From: Camelus dromedarius
Lineage: Eukaryota
Direction of reading: 5' to 3'
Assembly: GCF_036321535.1 (NCBI RefSeq)
Contig: NC_087436.1
Span: forward strand, 43,588,001-43,652,000
Length of the DNA stretch: 64,000 bases
The notes below the pieces were generated by a model. It searched no databases and was not told where the DNA came from. It worked only from the letters and a program-made list of their open reading frames with translations. This document shows positions 25,362 through 36,864 of this stretch, piece by piece (position 1 is the stretch's first letter; each line of letters starts with the position of its first letter). A program made the translations under genes and the position numbers.

Positions 25362-26840
25362 TCCTCTGACAACCTCCCCTCCTCCCCACCGACAAAGACC
25401 AGATAACTGACCAATCCAGGATGTCAGCTGCAGGTTGGGTTCTAGGTAGAATGTTGGGGTGTCCCCTGGGGCTTGCTGTGGCTGGTGGATCCACGGTAAC
25501 TGGGCAGAGCCCTGTAGTGGATCAGTGCCATGGAGGGGCTGCTGTCCTCTGTGGAGCTTGGCTTCGGGCTGATCCTTAGAAATCTGAGTATGGGCCTGGT
25601 TTTGCTTCTGCCCAATGGCCTGTGTTCCCAGTTCATGTTCCAGAGCCTCCACTGGGAGACAGTGTTGAGTCTGCCTGTCCTCAGCTTATTGGTGGGTGTC
25701 TTACTTTCTTTCAGATTTATTCAGTCTGTTGAAGTCAACTTAATGGAAGACATGAAAAGCAACTGGCAAAAACACTGGCTGCACAGATTGAGGAGAAATG
25801 CCACCTCGTTGACAAGATCTGTGTGGCTAAAAAGGAGTATGCCAAGATGGAGACAACTTTAAAGAATGCCAGGCTAGAGAAGGGGCCAGCAAATATACCC
25901 AGTCTCGCTGACACTTACAGAAAGTTGATGACGGTGGTCAACCTGAGTTCAAGGAAGGAAATCAATTTTCTCCTCCAAGAACTGAAGATAGAGAGATCCC
26001 TGCAGTCTATACGAGAAGCAATGGCGGAGATGCTAACAGTGCTCAAGTTCCTGGAAGAGGTCATGAGAATCAGCACATCACAAGGGGCTTTTACAAACCA
26101 GCCAGGGGACCAAGCACCAAGTCCTGATGGTCCTTTTCCCAGGAGTGGGCCCTTGTATTAAACCTGTGCTGTTCCCTCCCCTCCACTCAGGCCTCCCAAA
26201 CGGTCAGGCTGCATTCACTTACTCAGTCAGATCTCCATTTGAGCTGCACTGAGGCCAATGGATGGAGGGCAATCCCTTCCTTTGGACCAGAGTTCCTCCA
26301 GCTTTACAAGTGAGCACAGAAGTGAACTCCTTCGTGGTCAACATCTCATCTAAAATATACTGGAATTCCCAGAACACACCACGAAGGATGGGACTTTTTT
26401 TTTACATTCAGTAAATGTTTGTGGATTATCTCTTCTTAGTTGTGAAAGAAACGTTGTAATTGAGAGTGATCTACTTAGTTTGAATCTATATTAAGCCTCA
26501 TTTCTCAAGACAGTTTGGGTAACTATTATATATCAGCAATGTAAGTGAAGTGTATATATAGTTATTCTGTGTACAAATATTGCATTATAATTTGAAAATA
26601 CATGCAGTTTGTCAATATAAACTTTTAGATGGCCATAGCATTTATTTCTAGAGTTTAATTCTGAAGCCATAAGTTTAAGTCAAAGAGCCTTTTTTTACCT
26701 GAGTATGTATAGTTTAAAAAAAAAGATGAACCTTTTTTAAGATGAAGTTAAATTGTACTCTTAGAAGAAATTTTTATCATTCAATTTTTACATTCTGCTA
26801 TAATATCCACAATAAAAAATAAATTTGATAATTTTTTTTA
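25362..26840 (+). pseudogene. CTAGE/MIA2 (cTAGE5)-family intronless retrocopy; ORF 25530-26161 with a single 1-nt frameshift near 25731
   Basis: After restoring one base, the translation MEGLLSSVELGFGLILRNL...LPNGL...HWETVLSLPVLSLLVGVLLSFRFIQSV/RSQLNGRHEKQLAKTLAAQIEEKCHLVDK...KKEY...LKNARLEK...LQELKIERS aligns by eye with the cTAGE5 N-terminus (GLLLEEL...LPEGM...PWELVI-TM-RSVRSRLY...REKKLA...IEEK...KEY...LKDASFEK...KELKEEKS). There are no introns. Kozak gccATGG at 25530, AATAAA 26811-26816, TSD aaagtat(g/a)ctgaaga at 25347-25361 and 26841-26855. Confidence 0.88.
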
Positions 26841-28186
26841 AAAGTATACTGAAGACCTACATCAAACCCAGAGCCAAAAAGACAATAAATAAACAGTTTT
26901 CATAAGGAAGCCCTCCATCTAAACAATTTAGACAGTTGGGTATAAATTAGATTTAAGAGATTGTTCTAAAAAAGCAGCATTAATCAAAACAGACTGGAAT
27001 ATAGGGCCTTGAATTCATGATCAGAAAAATCAGTCTATAACTTCTAATAGCAAGCTCAGATTTCATATTGAAGCTGGCAAAGTCACCAGCACAGTAAACA
27101 GTAGCATCTGGCTCTCAAGAAAGATGGTGTATACAATGGACTGATCCATAACTTCAGTCTATGTTAGACATTTAGATGGATGGGCTAAGAGCTCAGTGTG
27201 TTATAATAACCCTGAAAAGCTTTTGGCTATGGCTGTGAACACATTAGCATGAACTTAAATCTGTTGCTTTATTTACAACAAGAGATATTTGTTTGTGCTT
27301 TCTGCCTAAATGGAACTGGTTAAAGGCACCCAAGACCTTAAACAGTGAAATTTATATCCAAGACAACAGCTATTCACTGTACTGAGGATCCACTGAACAT
27401 CTGTTTTGTTTTCGGGTTTTTTTTCTTTTTTCCATTTCCTCTCAGTTACATCTTTTTAAAATAAGTGGTACCTTTATTTGGAGTCTCTGTCTTTCCATAT
27501 TAGGAACATTAATGCCTAATTTCCTTTTTCTGTGTTTTTCCCCCACTCCATAACCTGAAGCTTAAAAAAAAAATCAGCTAGAGGGTGCCTTGAATATGTC
27601 ACCATTTAGAAATGCCACACATGCAGTCATTTGTTTCTAAGCTAGAGTGCAGGCTCTGTAGAACAGTGTTCCAATTATTCTTGTTGAAACCACTCAAAGC
27701 GACCAGAACTAATTTCTCCCAATATATCACTATAGTTTAACATCTAGAATGAAAAGATGCCCTCACTAGACCAGTAGAAACTGATTATTGCACATTAAGG
27801 ATATAATCAGAGGGCTTCTGTATAGTAGCCAAGGTTTCCAAAAAATGTAATTAAAACACACCCAATCTAATTATGTGTTAATGCTTTTACAAACAGCATT
27901 AACATAGATGAATTACATGTGACATTTATTCATATGTATATTGATTTCAAACAAATATGTGAATCTCACCCTGACTAAAATTAGATTGACTAATTAACAG
28001 ATGGGCTTTCTAGTACCATTAAGGGATGGCATAACATTGCACTACCTTTTAAAATTCATTATACTCATCAGCAGGCATTGTAGTGTTCTGTAAATTCTTT
28101 CATTCAATCAATAAGTATTTTTTCAAAAATCTCTTTTGAGTCTAGCAGTAATCTAAGGAGAGTAAGTCAAGATGAAGGCTTATTTT

Positions 28187-28975
28187 ATTTTACTTTTTTC
28201 CAGGCAAAATTTTATTGATTAAAGTAGCTGAAAACAGCATTTGCTTGAAAATAATTTTTAACTGAATTAATGGCTTCCACATTTGGTGAAACAGATTGAG
28301 CTGGGTTTTATTCTTCAAGCTCATGTACAGTTATAATTATTTCTAATTTTTATTGATTTATTTTTTCTTTTCTTTTTTTTAATTGAAGTATAGTCAGTTT
28401 ACAATGTTGTCTCAATTTCTGGCATACAGTGTAATTAATGTTTCAGTCATACATATATACACATTTCTTTACCATATTCTTTTTCATTATAGATTACTAC
28501 AAGATATTGAATATAGTTTCCTGCATTGTATAATATGAATTTCTTATTTATCTATTTTATATATAGTAGTTAGTATCTGCAAATCTTGAACTCCCAATTT
28601 ATCCCTTCCCAGACCTTTTCCCCTCTGGTAACCATAGTTTGTTTTCTATGTCTGTGAGTCTATTTCTGTTTTGTAAATAAGTTCATTTGCATAATTTTTT
28701 TAGATTCCACATGGTATTTTTAGATATACGGTATTTTTCTTTTGCTTTCTCCTTCTGGCTTACTTCACTTAGAATAATGATCTTCAGGTCCATCCATGTT
28801 GCAAATGGCATTATTTTGTTATTTTTTATGGCTGAGTAGTATTCCATTGTATATATTTAGTACAACTTCTTTATCTAGTCATCTGCTGATGGATATTTAG
28901 TTTGTTTCCATGTCTTGGCTATTGTAAATAGTGCTGCTATGAGCACTGGGGTGCATGAATCTTTTCGAATTAGAG
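28187..28975 (-). mobile_element. L1 3' end (about 28350-28975) with a probable ~150-bp 3' transduction
   Basis: Reverse-complement L1 ORF2 end and 3' UTR; two T-rich tails; TSD-like tgaag(gc/ct)ttatttt at 28173-28186 and 28976-28989. Confidence 0.85.
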
Positions 28976-30899
28976 TGAAGCTTTATTTTAAATTAAACAT
29001 CTCTTAAATGATTTTAAATATGTCACTATAAACAGGACCTGCATAAAGAAAGAACACTAATATGACTCAGAAAACTACCCAAATTGGAAAAAGTTTCTAA
29101 ATGTTCTTGTGGCATTTGATTTGATGGCCGAAACTGAACAATCATCCCCTTATTAATTAGGGTGGTCCTCAATCCCAGTAAGGCAAGATTGGAAGACTAA
29201 TGATCACGTTTTTGAGATCTCATCACGTGACCTGCAAAGAATATATACATGCTATGCCTCTAAAAAAATAAAATAATTTTCTTTTTAAGGACTTTTCAAT
29301 CTATTCCAAGATATTCTTAGAAAGTGAAATTGCAGTGGTATTCTAGTAAAATTACAGCTCAATAAAGAGAAAAATAACCTAAAATGGAAGAAACACCTAA
29401 GTTTGTAGGAAAATGCTCTTTCCTTAAGTTATGTGGTTGCAGAAGGTGCACTGAGTCAGAAATCAGGAGATCTGGGTTCTGGTCCTGATTCTGTCACTCA
29501 TCTCATGTATAACTCTGGCCAGTGTTCCCCTCTGTAAAAAAAAAAAAAAAAAGGGAGAGGGATGAACTGTCAGTCCTGAAGGTTTGTTCAGCAATAAGTC
29601 CCTAACTGCATGTGCCTTCCCTGAAAAGTAGCAATCTGGGGTGTAGATGGCCTCTGCATTAATCATAGCCTGCCGAAAGTGACGATTAAGACAAGGGAAC
29701 ACAAAGACAGTAACATGAAGCTTGTGTGAGTGAGATTGGGAAATGCGTAATTTTCTTCCATTTCTTTTCATAGTAGTGGATCAATTTTTGAAGAGAAGAA
29801 ATTCTAAAACTCCCATAAATGGTCATCACTACCCTGAGAAGCAGGTGTTGTTTGCTTACAGAAAGATGAGGGCTCCTCGGTTTTATGTCCAAAGAATTAA
29901 CACACCCAAGCACGGGCATCGCTGCATCAGGCTTCCCTTCAGAGAGAGATGGTGTTTGGCACATAGCCAATAAAGGGGGTGTGGTCTCAGGTCCGGCAGA
30001 GAAGGCAGAGATTGAGGGTCAGTAAGAGCACCTCTGAAAACATTCCTCACACTGTGCTCACCCACTCACCCCTGGCAAGTACTAGCTGTAGGTCCTGTGC
30101 GCTTTGTCAGCTTCTCTGAAATAACTAACAAAATGACAAGCAGTGGTAGGTCCCTTTCCAGCACAAATCTAGCTTCACTCAACAATATGGAAGGAGAACA
30201 AGGTGGGTGGGGCAGGACGGGGAAATCTTCATTTTCCTATGGCTTCATTTTATTTCACTTGTCCTCTGTTTCACAGAACTCAGAGGATGAATTAGAACCC
30301 TCTCTGCACTTAGTGCCCATGCAATTCAGTGGAATAAAATGGCAAGTGAATAATGTTCACAACACTATGGGTGGGGCAAGTCCTTGTCTGTTGTGTGATG
30401 TTCTGTGACTTAAATCATCTCTTGCAAAAGGCTATAAAAAAGAATAGACCTCATCTAACCTTACTGTCTTTGCTCCCAGCTCACCATCATTCCCACCCAA
30501 AAGTTTCTTTAATGCCTAAATGTTTCTGGAATCAGTCTTTGGCCCCAAAGCCTACAGTTCGTGCAGATACTCACAGAAGAGACTAGGATCATCCCTCAAA
30601 ATAAAACGAAAAATAAATATTTTATTTTATTTGCCATTGTCTTTCAAGTGGACATCCTATACCTCGAGCTAAAATTCAGTTAAGTGTTCATAGAAAAGTG
30701 TGAAGGCAAATAAACAATTTGTTCTCCTAAATTTCCCTTTACAGCCCCTTCCAACCACACACACTTATTTTCAGTCTCTAAAACAAATTTAGTGTCATAT
30801 GCCTAGAAGGAAGAGAAAGATGTTAATTGGATTTATTCCCTTGCTCTCCCAAAAGGCCACACCTAAACAGCCAAGGTGAGGATCGCTCCTGATGCATGG

Positions 30900-32200
30900 G
30901 TGTGGGAATGTGATGTTTGTTACCAGCAAAAAAACAAAAACCAACGCTTAGAAATCTGTACTCTCGCACTTCTCACCGCTCGTTAATTGGGCTTGTGAAG
31001 CAGGAAAGACAATTTGCTTGCTGGAAAAAGCGAGAGAGAACTCCATCATTCTCCCACTACCGGCACCTGTTCTGCCAGCTGACACCACCTAATATCAATT
31101 TGACCATTAAAAGAAGGCAATTTACCAGTAACTACCTAAAGCTACACACTCCTCCCTGCTGCTTCACCCTGCTTTCTCTCTCACCACCTACTCACCCAAA
31201 GCAGAAAAGAGGCGGCAACCACTAAATATTTCTCCAGCACAGACACAGCCAGTATCTGAACATAATCAGGGATTTTGACCAAGAGAGCCACCACCCTCTT
31301 TCCCCTCTCCCGGCTCACCATATGGAGAATACCACGTCCACTCAAGGGTCTGCAAATCTGAAACTGATTCACATTAACCAGATCTAAAAAATCTATCCTT
31401 CAATTACAAAAATAGAAAATACAATTCAGAAAAATGCATCACGTGGAGAACAAACTGAAATCGTGGCTGGAGGGACATTTGCATACCAGCTGAGCCTGTG
31501 AACTCCAGGGTGACACAGAAAGCAAAGCTGCCCAGCCCAGACCCTGGGAGAGTATTTTACAAAGGGCTTCCAGGAACCCCCATCAACACCAATGCCTCTT
31601 TTCCGCTTCCAAAATGCTCTGAATAAAGACCTTCTTTAAGCACTTACAGGGAGCGGCAGCTTCTCTCAGCACTGTGCCTGTGAGTCACGCAGCAGGAGGG
31701 GCCCCAGAGCAGGGCAAATCGGGGAGCCCCCAGCTTCCCCGCAGGCTGATGTCTATGAGACGGTAGTCCAGGAGCCGACTTTCCCATTACAGCCTCAGAC
31801 TGTAATCCATGTGCTTTCGGCGGGCCAGTCCCAGCTGCCCACAGAGCACCACATGATCTGCTCTGACATCAGATCAGCCAGACGTGACAGCCCATCCGCC
31901 AGCCTCTTCCACACTCAAGGGTTGCATCATTTGGATGCCTTTAGCTTGCATTTAAGCAGGTGGTACAGAGTAAGGAACTGTTGTTTTCTCACAAGATTTT
32001 TTTTTTTTTGCCTGATTCCTTCTGTTTCTAACAGAAGGAAAAAATAAGCAAGAAGAGCACTCGGATTTGTTAGCAGCCAGAATTTATCAGCTATATGGGA
32101 AGTAACTGAACTTCCACCCCTGGTTCAGGGAGGGTGAAGAATGAGTCAAGATGCCAATACCATGGGAGTGATTTCATCCACAAATCACCACCACCTCCCC
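30900..32200 (-). promoter_or_regulatory. Candidate internal promoter/enhancer of a minus-strand host gene
   Basis: No recognisable repeat and raised GC/CpG. Motifs: E-box CACGTG 31440-31445, octamer ATTTGCAT 31477-31484, STAT site TTCCAGGAA 31568-31576, AP-1 TGAGTCA 31681-31687 and 32142-32148. Several minus-strand 5' splice sites lie downstream. Confidence 0.5.
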
Positions 32201-33017
32201 CACCTTTCTTTAGATCATATTCATATGATGATATATACCATAAAATATTGATAGACTTTGTGTATATTTTATTTAAGCTAGTCACCACTGATTTTAGTTC
32301 ATGGAAGATCTCAGGGAGGTAACCACTAGACTCAGTGCCACATACAATAATTCCACCATAAGAGGACTTAGATACAGTCCAACAGAAATAAACTTCTCCA
32401 CCTAGATGGACAGACAGGTCCGTAAGTAGGCAGAAAGTCAGGATCATCTATTCATGCTTGCATTCACTCATTCAGTAACCATTTATTGATCACCAATATT
32501 AGAATTGAGGGAGGTGAATATTTGAACAATACATATAATTTCAAATAAGATTTTCTTTGATTTGGCATAGGGTTTCTAATTCTATTTCTGTAATAAGTTC
32601 TGGAAGTAATGGCTTTATCAAGGCTCCTTATAATATGTTCTGTATCTAATACTAAATCTGAAGACTGATAAAAAAAAAAACCCATGTTTTACCCTAAATT
32701 CACTATGATAAATGGTAATATAACCTTTAAGGTAAGAATAATCAAAATTATTAAGCTTTTATGAAGCAAAAGCATAGCCAAGCTAGGCAGCAATGACCAG
32801 AAATGTAATTCTTCCCTAACCAAGAGGAGAATGCACTCTTAACTGTATTACTTCTGTGAATTTGGCTTATCAACTGCATTTCAGATATTTATGTAGAAAT
32901 AAGATCTCCCTAACCAGCTTATAAACCCATTGAATGTCATGCACTTTGGTATTATTTACAGTCACCTAAACATAATAGGTGTTCAACAAGTAATAAGAAT
33001 AAATGAATTGACTCAGG

Positions 33018-33200
33018 GAACTATATTCAATATCTTGTGATAGCCTATAACGAAAAAGAATAGGAAAAGGAATACATACACACCCACACACACACACACA
33101 CACATATAGCTGAATCACTATGCTGTACACCAGAAACTAACACAACGTTGTAAATCATCTATACTTCAATTAAAAATTTTTAATTAACAATCAAAAAATA
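33018..33200 (+). mobile_element. L1 3' end fragment with internal (CA)n
   Basis: 3' UTR motifs; TSD taa(a/g)tgaattgactcag on both sides. Confidence 0.87.
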
Positions 33201-34469
33201 AAGTAAGTGAATTGACTCAGTTTTATTCTTTATGTGGCTTATTCCCAACAGAGATGAAATGGAAATTAGTTGCCCCATGGAGTCTCATATTGAATTCCAT
33301 AATCGCAAGCAACCAGGTAATTTTCTCGCAGGAAAACATCACAAGCTTGATACAAAATACAAGAGGAAATAAATAAATAAATAACTTAAATATTACATAT
33401 AAAATTACAGATCAATTATTAGATTAATAATTAGATTAACAGATTATTATTAGATTAGACTGTTTTCATAACAAAGAGGATATGTAGATACTATCTAAAC
33501 ACTGATATTACAGCTATAATAAGGGCATAAGAAAACAATATAATCCACTTTTTTGATATTTTAGAAATATACTGAGTGCCATTTAACATGTTAAGGAATT
33601 CTCAGTCCTTATGCCATCCATAAATTATAAAGTAAGTTTGAAAATCAAGCCAGAATATCATCAGGACTGGGAGTCACAAGACTTGGATTTGAATGGCAAC
33701 TCTATCACATACTAGCTGTGTCCATTTTAAATGTAAAGAACAAAGCTAAAATGTTTCTTATTATTCTGTAGAAAAGAGCATATCAATAAACTAAGATACA
33801 AAAAAATGAAAATGATACATTTTTCTACTCAGGAAATATCTTTTTGTGTAGTTTCTTGGCATTTTACTCATCTTTAACTTTATAAACATAATTAACTCTG
33901 AGCACTTTAAAATAATAATTCCCAGATATGTTTCTGTACCAACACTCCACTTAGTGATCTTTTGTCATTATCTCTTACCACATGGGCTAAGTAAAGTAGG
34001 AAGTTTGGCCTCACAGACAAAATGTTCCTTCCAAAATCTAAACAGCTAATAAAAATTTAATAGTCAAAAAACTATCACTACCACTGCTAAAACTCAAGTT
34101 CAGACTGCATCATCATTTGTCCCCTAGACTATGGCAACTACTTCCACTCTGTCTTCCATACGGGAAACAGAATGTTCTTAGTCAAATTGAATCACTCTTT
34201 AACCTACAACCCTTCACGAGCTTCCTATCTCATTTAATTCCTTACCATGGTCTCTAAAACCCTTCAATAATAGTGTACAGATGTTTCTCAACAGGCTTTC
34301 TTCCCTAGTAACATACTGAACATTACTCTCCTTGGCTGAATTATTGTTCTTTAAGTAGTTAACACTTACTTTCTGTGATTGATTTATTTCATTAGGATAG
34401 ATTACCAGAAAATGGAATTACTGAATCAAAGAATACCATCTTCTTCCAAAATAATAATGTTTAAGCTAG

Positions 34470-34852
34470 ATACATAGTTGACTGTCCAAAGACCACAGCT
34501 CCCACCTCCCTTGCAGCTAGGTATATATGGCCTTGTAAGCAGAATTCTACCTTTCTTGCTTAAAAGAAAATTCCTTATCCTAGACTTCTTTCTTTCCCCT
34601 TTGTGCAAGCTGGAACACAGACTTGCCTGTAACCTAGCTTCAATCACACAGCTTTAACACTTTGGAAATTCAGCAGAGCAAGAGAATGGAAGGAAACAGG
34701 GATCCCCAAATGACCACAGACAGCAGAGCTGTCCTTCCAACCAAGACCACTCACTATGGACTGTTGTGTGAGAAAAAAATAAATTTGCTTTTTAAGACAC
34801 TTTATTTGGCACCTCTTTGTCACCATATCTTAAGCTCTGTCCTAACTAGTAC
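34470..34852 (+). mobile_element. Old MLT1 (J/K-like) LTR fragment
   Basis: cctcccttgcagctagg...gcagagcaagagaatggaaggaa...tgtgagaaaaaaataaatt...ctctttgtcac. Confidence 0.6.
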
Positions 34853-35454
34853 AAGTGGTCACAAGTTTTTAATAATGCAACTTAATTCATATTGCCCAAT
34901 CACTTAGCAGAAGGCCAAAAAGCTTACAGTTTTACCACCTTCTTATTGACATTGAAGCTTATTTCTTTTAAAGAAAATCTACCAAATTGACAAAGGAAAA
35001 TTAACAGTATATGTTCTCTTTTTATTATTAGGAAGTTAAACATTGTATTCATTGGTATTACATTTTTTGAGAATTCCTTATTCATTTTTTTCATTTTTAT
35101 TGGTTTTTTAGTATTATTCTTGTCCATTCTATTGAGCTTCATAGTTTTTCTGCTTTGGAGAAACATGCTGATATGTTTTATTGTCATCAAATTTGTAATT
35201 TTCCTATTGTAACTTGTTCCATGGAAAGCATTCCTAATGCCCAGATTTTGAAACTAAATACCATTACCCACTAAAAAGAATCAGGGTTTTTCGGGGAAAA
35301 GGCTGATTTCACATCTGAGGCAGAGAAAGTATAAGGTGAACTTAGGACACTGTCTTATGCCAGAAAGCAAGGAAACTATTGAAGAACATTGGCACTGTGT
35401 CAAAGGACACAGGAATCAATTTAGGGAGGCTCCCAAAGGCCAACTTCATCAAAG

Positions 35455-35885
35455 CATCAGTTCTAGTTAACTATGGCTATGTAAGATCATACCAAACTTG
35501 GCTTAAAACAACATTCATTCTTTGCTCAAATCTTCAGTCTGGGTAAGGCTCAGTGGGTCAACTGGTGTCTACTCAGTATCAGCTGGGCATCTCAAAAGCT
35601 GGAGGCTGAAATCTACTGAGAGCTTGTTCACTTATATGTCTGTTGCCTGGACTTGAACAGCTAAAAACTGGAACACTTAGGACTTCCTGGTTAACTCTCT
35701 ATAGCTGTATAGTGTCTTACCATGTGCTCTTTCCAATACAATGGCTTCAGGGTGATTGGATTTCACTAAAAGCATATGTCCCACTTCTGCTGGGCGAAGT
35801 GATGGAGAAGTGTCAACATCACATTGTAAGAAGAACATGTGGGACCAAATATATTAGTGTAGCCTTATTTGGTAAACACAATCAC
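35455..35885 (-). mobile_element. Older MLT1 LTR
   Basis: ccaaacttggcttaaaacaaca...gtctgggtaaggctcagtggg...ctggaggctgaaatc. Confidence 0.65.
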
Positions 35886-36725
35886 AGCATCATAAAGAAT
35901 ACTATAACTGATTGATGTATTTGAATATATAAAATTCCTAATGACACTCAACATAGGGGGAAAGAAATCACATTTGCCACTAATTGAGATGACAGTTATT
36001 ACCAGTTTCTTACTCAAAAATTGGTAAAGAAAGAAATTTAAGAATTAATTCTTTCTTTCTCACATGGAAATCTATTTCAGAATAACAATTAGCTCTAGTT
36101 GATGAGGGAACCTCTTCTTGACAGAAGAATTCTAATTAATGAATGCAAGAGGACTGACAGAATTGGAAAATCACCGTTTTGCAACTTGTAATGGAATAAG
36201 TGGTTCAGGCAAGAATCAGCAATGGATGTTAAAAGCATTGAGCATAAGGTGGACAAGGGACTGGATACTAATCTGCTGCCAAGTTATCAACACAGAATAT
36301 TTCCTTGTCTCAAGGGGAAAAATCATAACTTTATAATGGAGTGATGTTGCAATTTTCACATTAACCATTAACCCAGTGATGAGGCTTAGCATTATGAAAA
36401 GTAAAACAACTAGGTATTGTGCAACCCCTAAAATAATACAATATAATATTCACAGCATGATCCATGAAATATTCTTGACAAAAATGTTTCACCTGACTTT
36501 AGTCATAACTTGAAATCGAAATTTCCAGTTTACAGGAAATACAGTGGGGAATGAACGAAAAGTTAAATGAAACCTGAAGGAAACAATCATACATATCCGG
36601 AGGATGGAATTCTACCAAAAAATTGACCTAGTCTCTTCAACAAGTAAATACAATTTTTTAAAGAGGGGAGGGGAGGACTTTCCTGAACTAACACAGAAAA
36701 GAGACCTATTGTAGCCAAATGGCGG

Positions 36726-36864
36726 TGGGGAGGGTACACCTCAGTGGTAGAGCTTGTGCTTAGCATGTACGAGGTCCTGGGTTCAATCCCCTGTGCCTCT
36801 GTCTTAAAAACAAACAAACAAACAAATAAATAAACCTAATTTACCCCCCATACCCGAAAAAAAA
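36726..36864 (+). mobile_element. vic-1-like SINE
   Basis: A and B boxes; TSD agccaaatgg on both sides. Confidence 0.92.

Noticed and set aside
25137..25652. 171-aa minus-strand ORF
   Set aside because: Antisense shadow of the GC-rich CTAGE retrocopy that runs across the TSD into flanking DNA; no recognisable protein.
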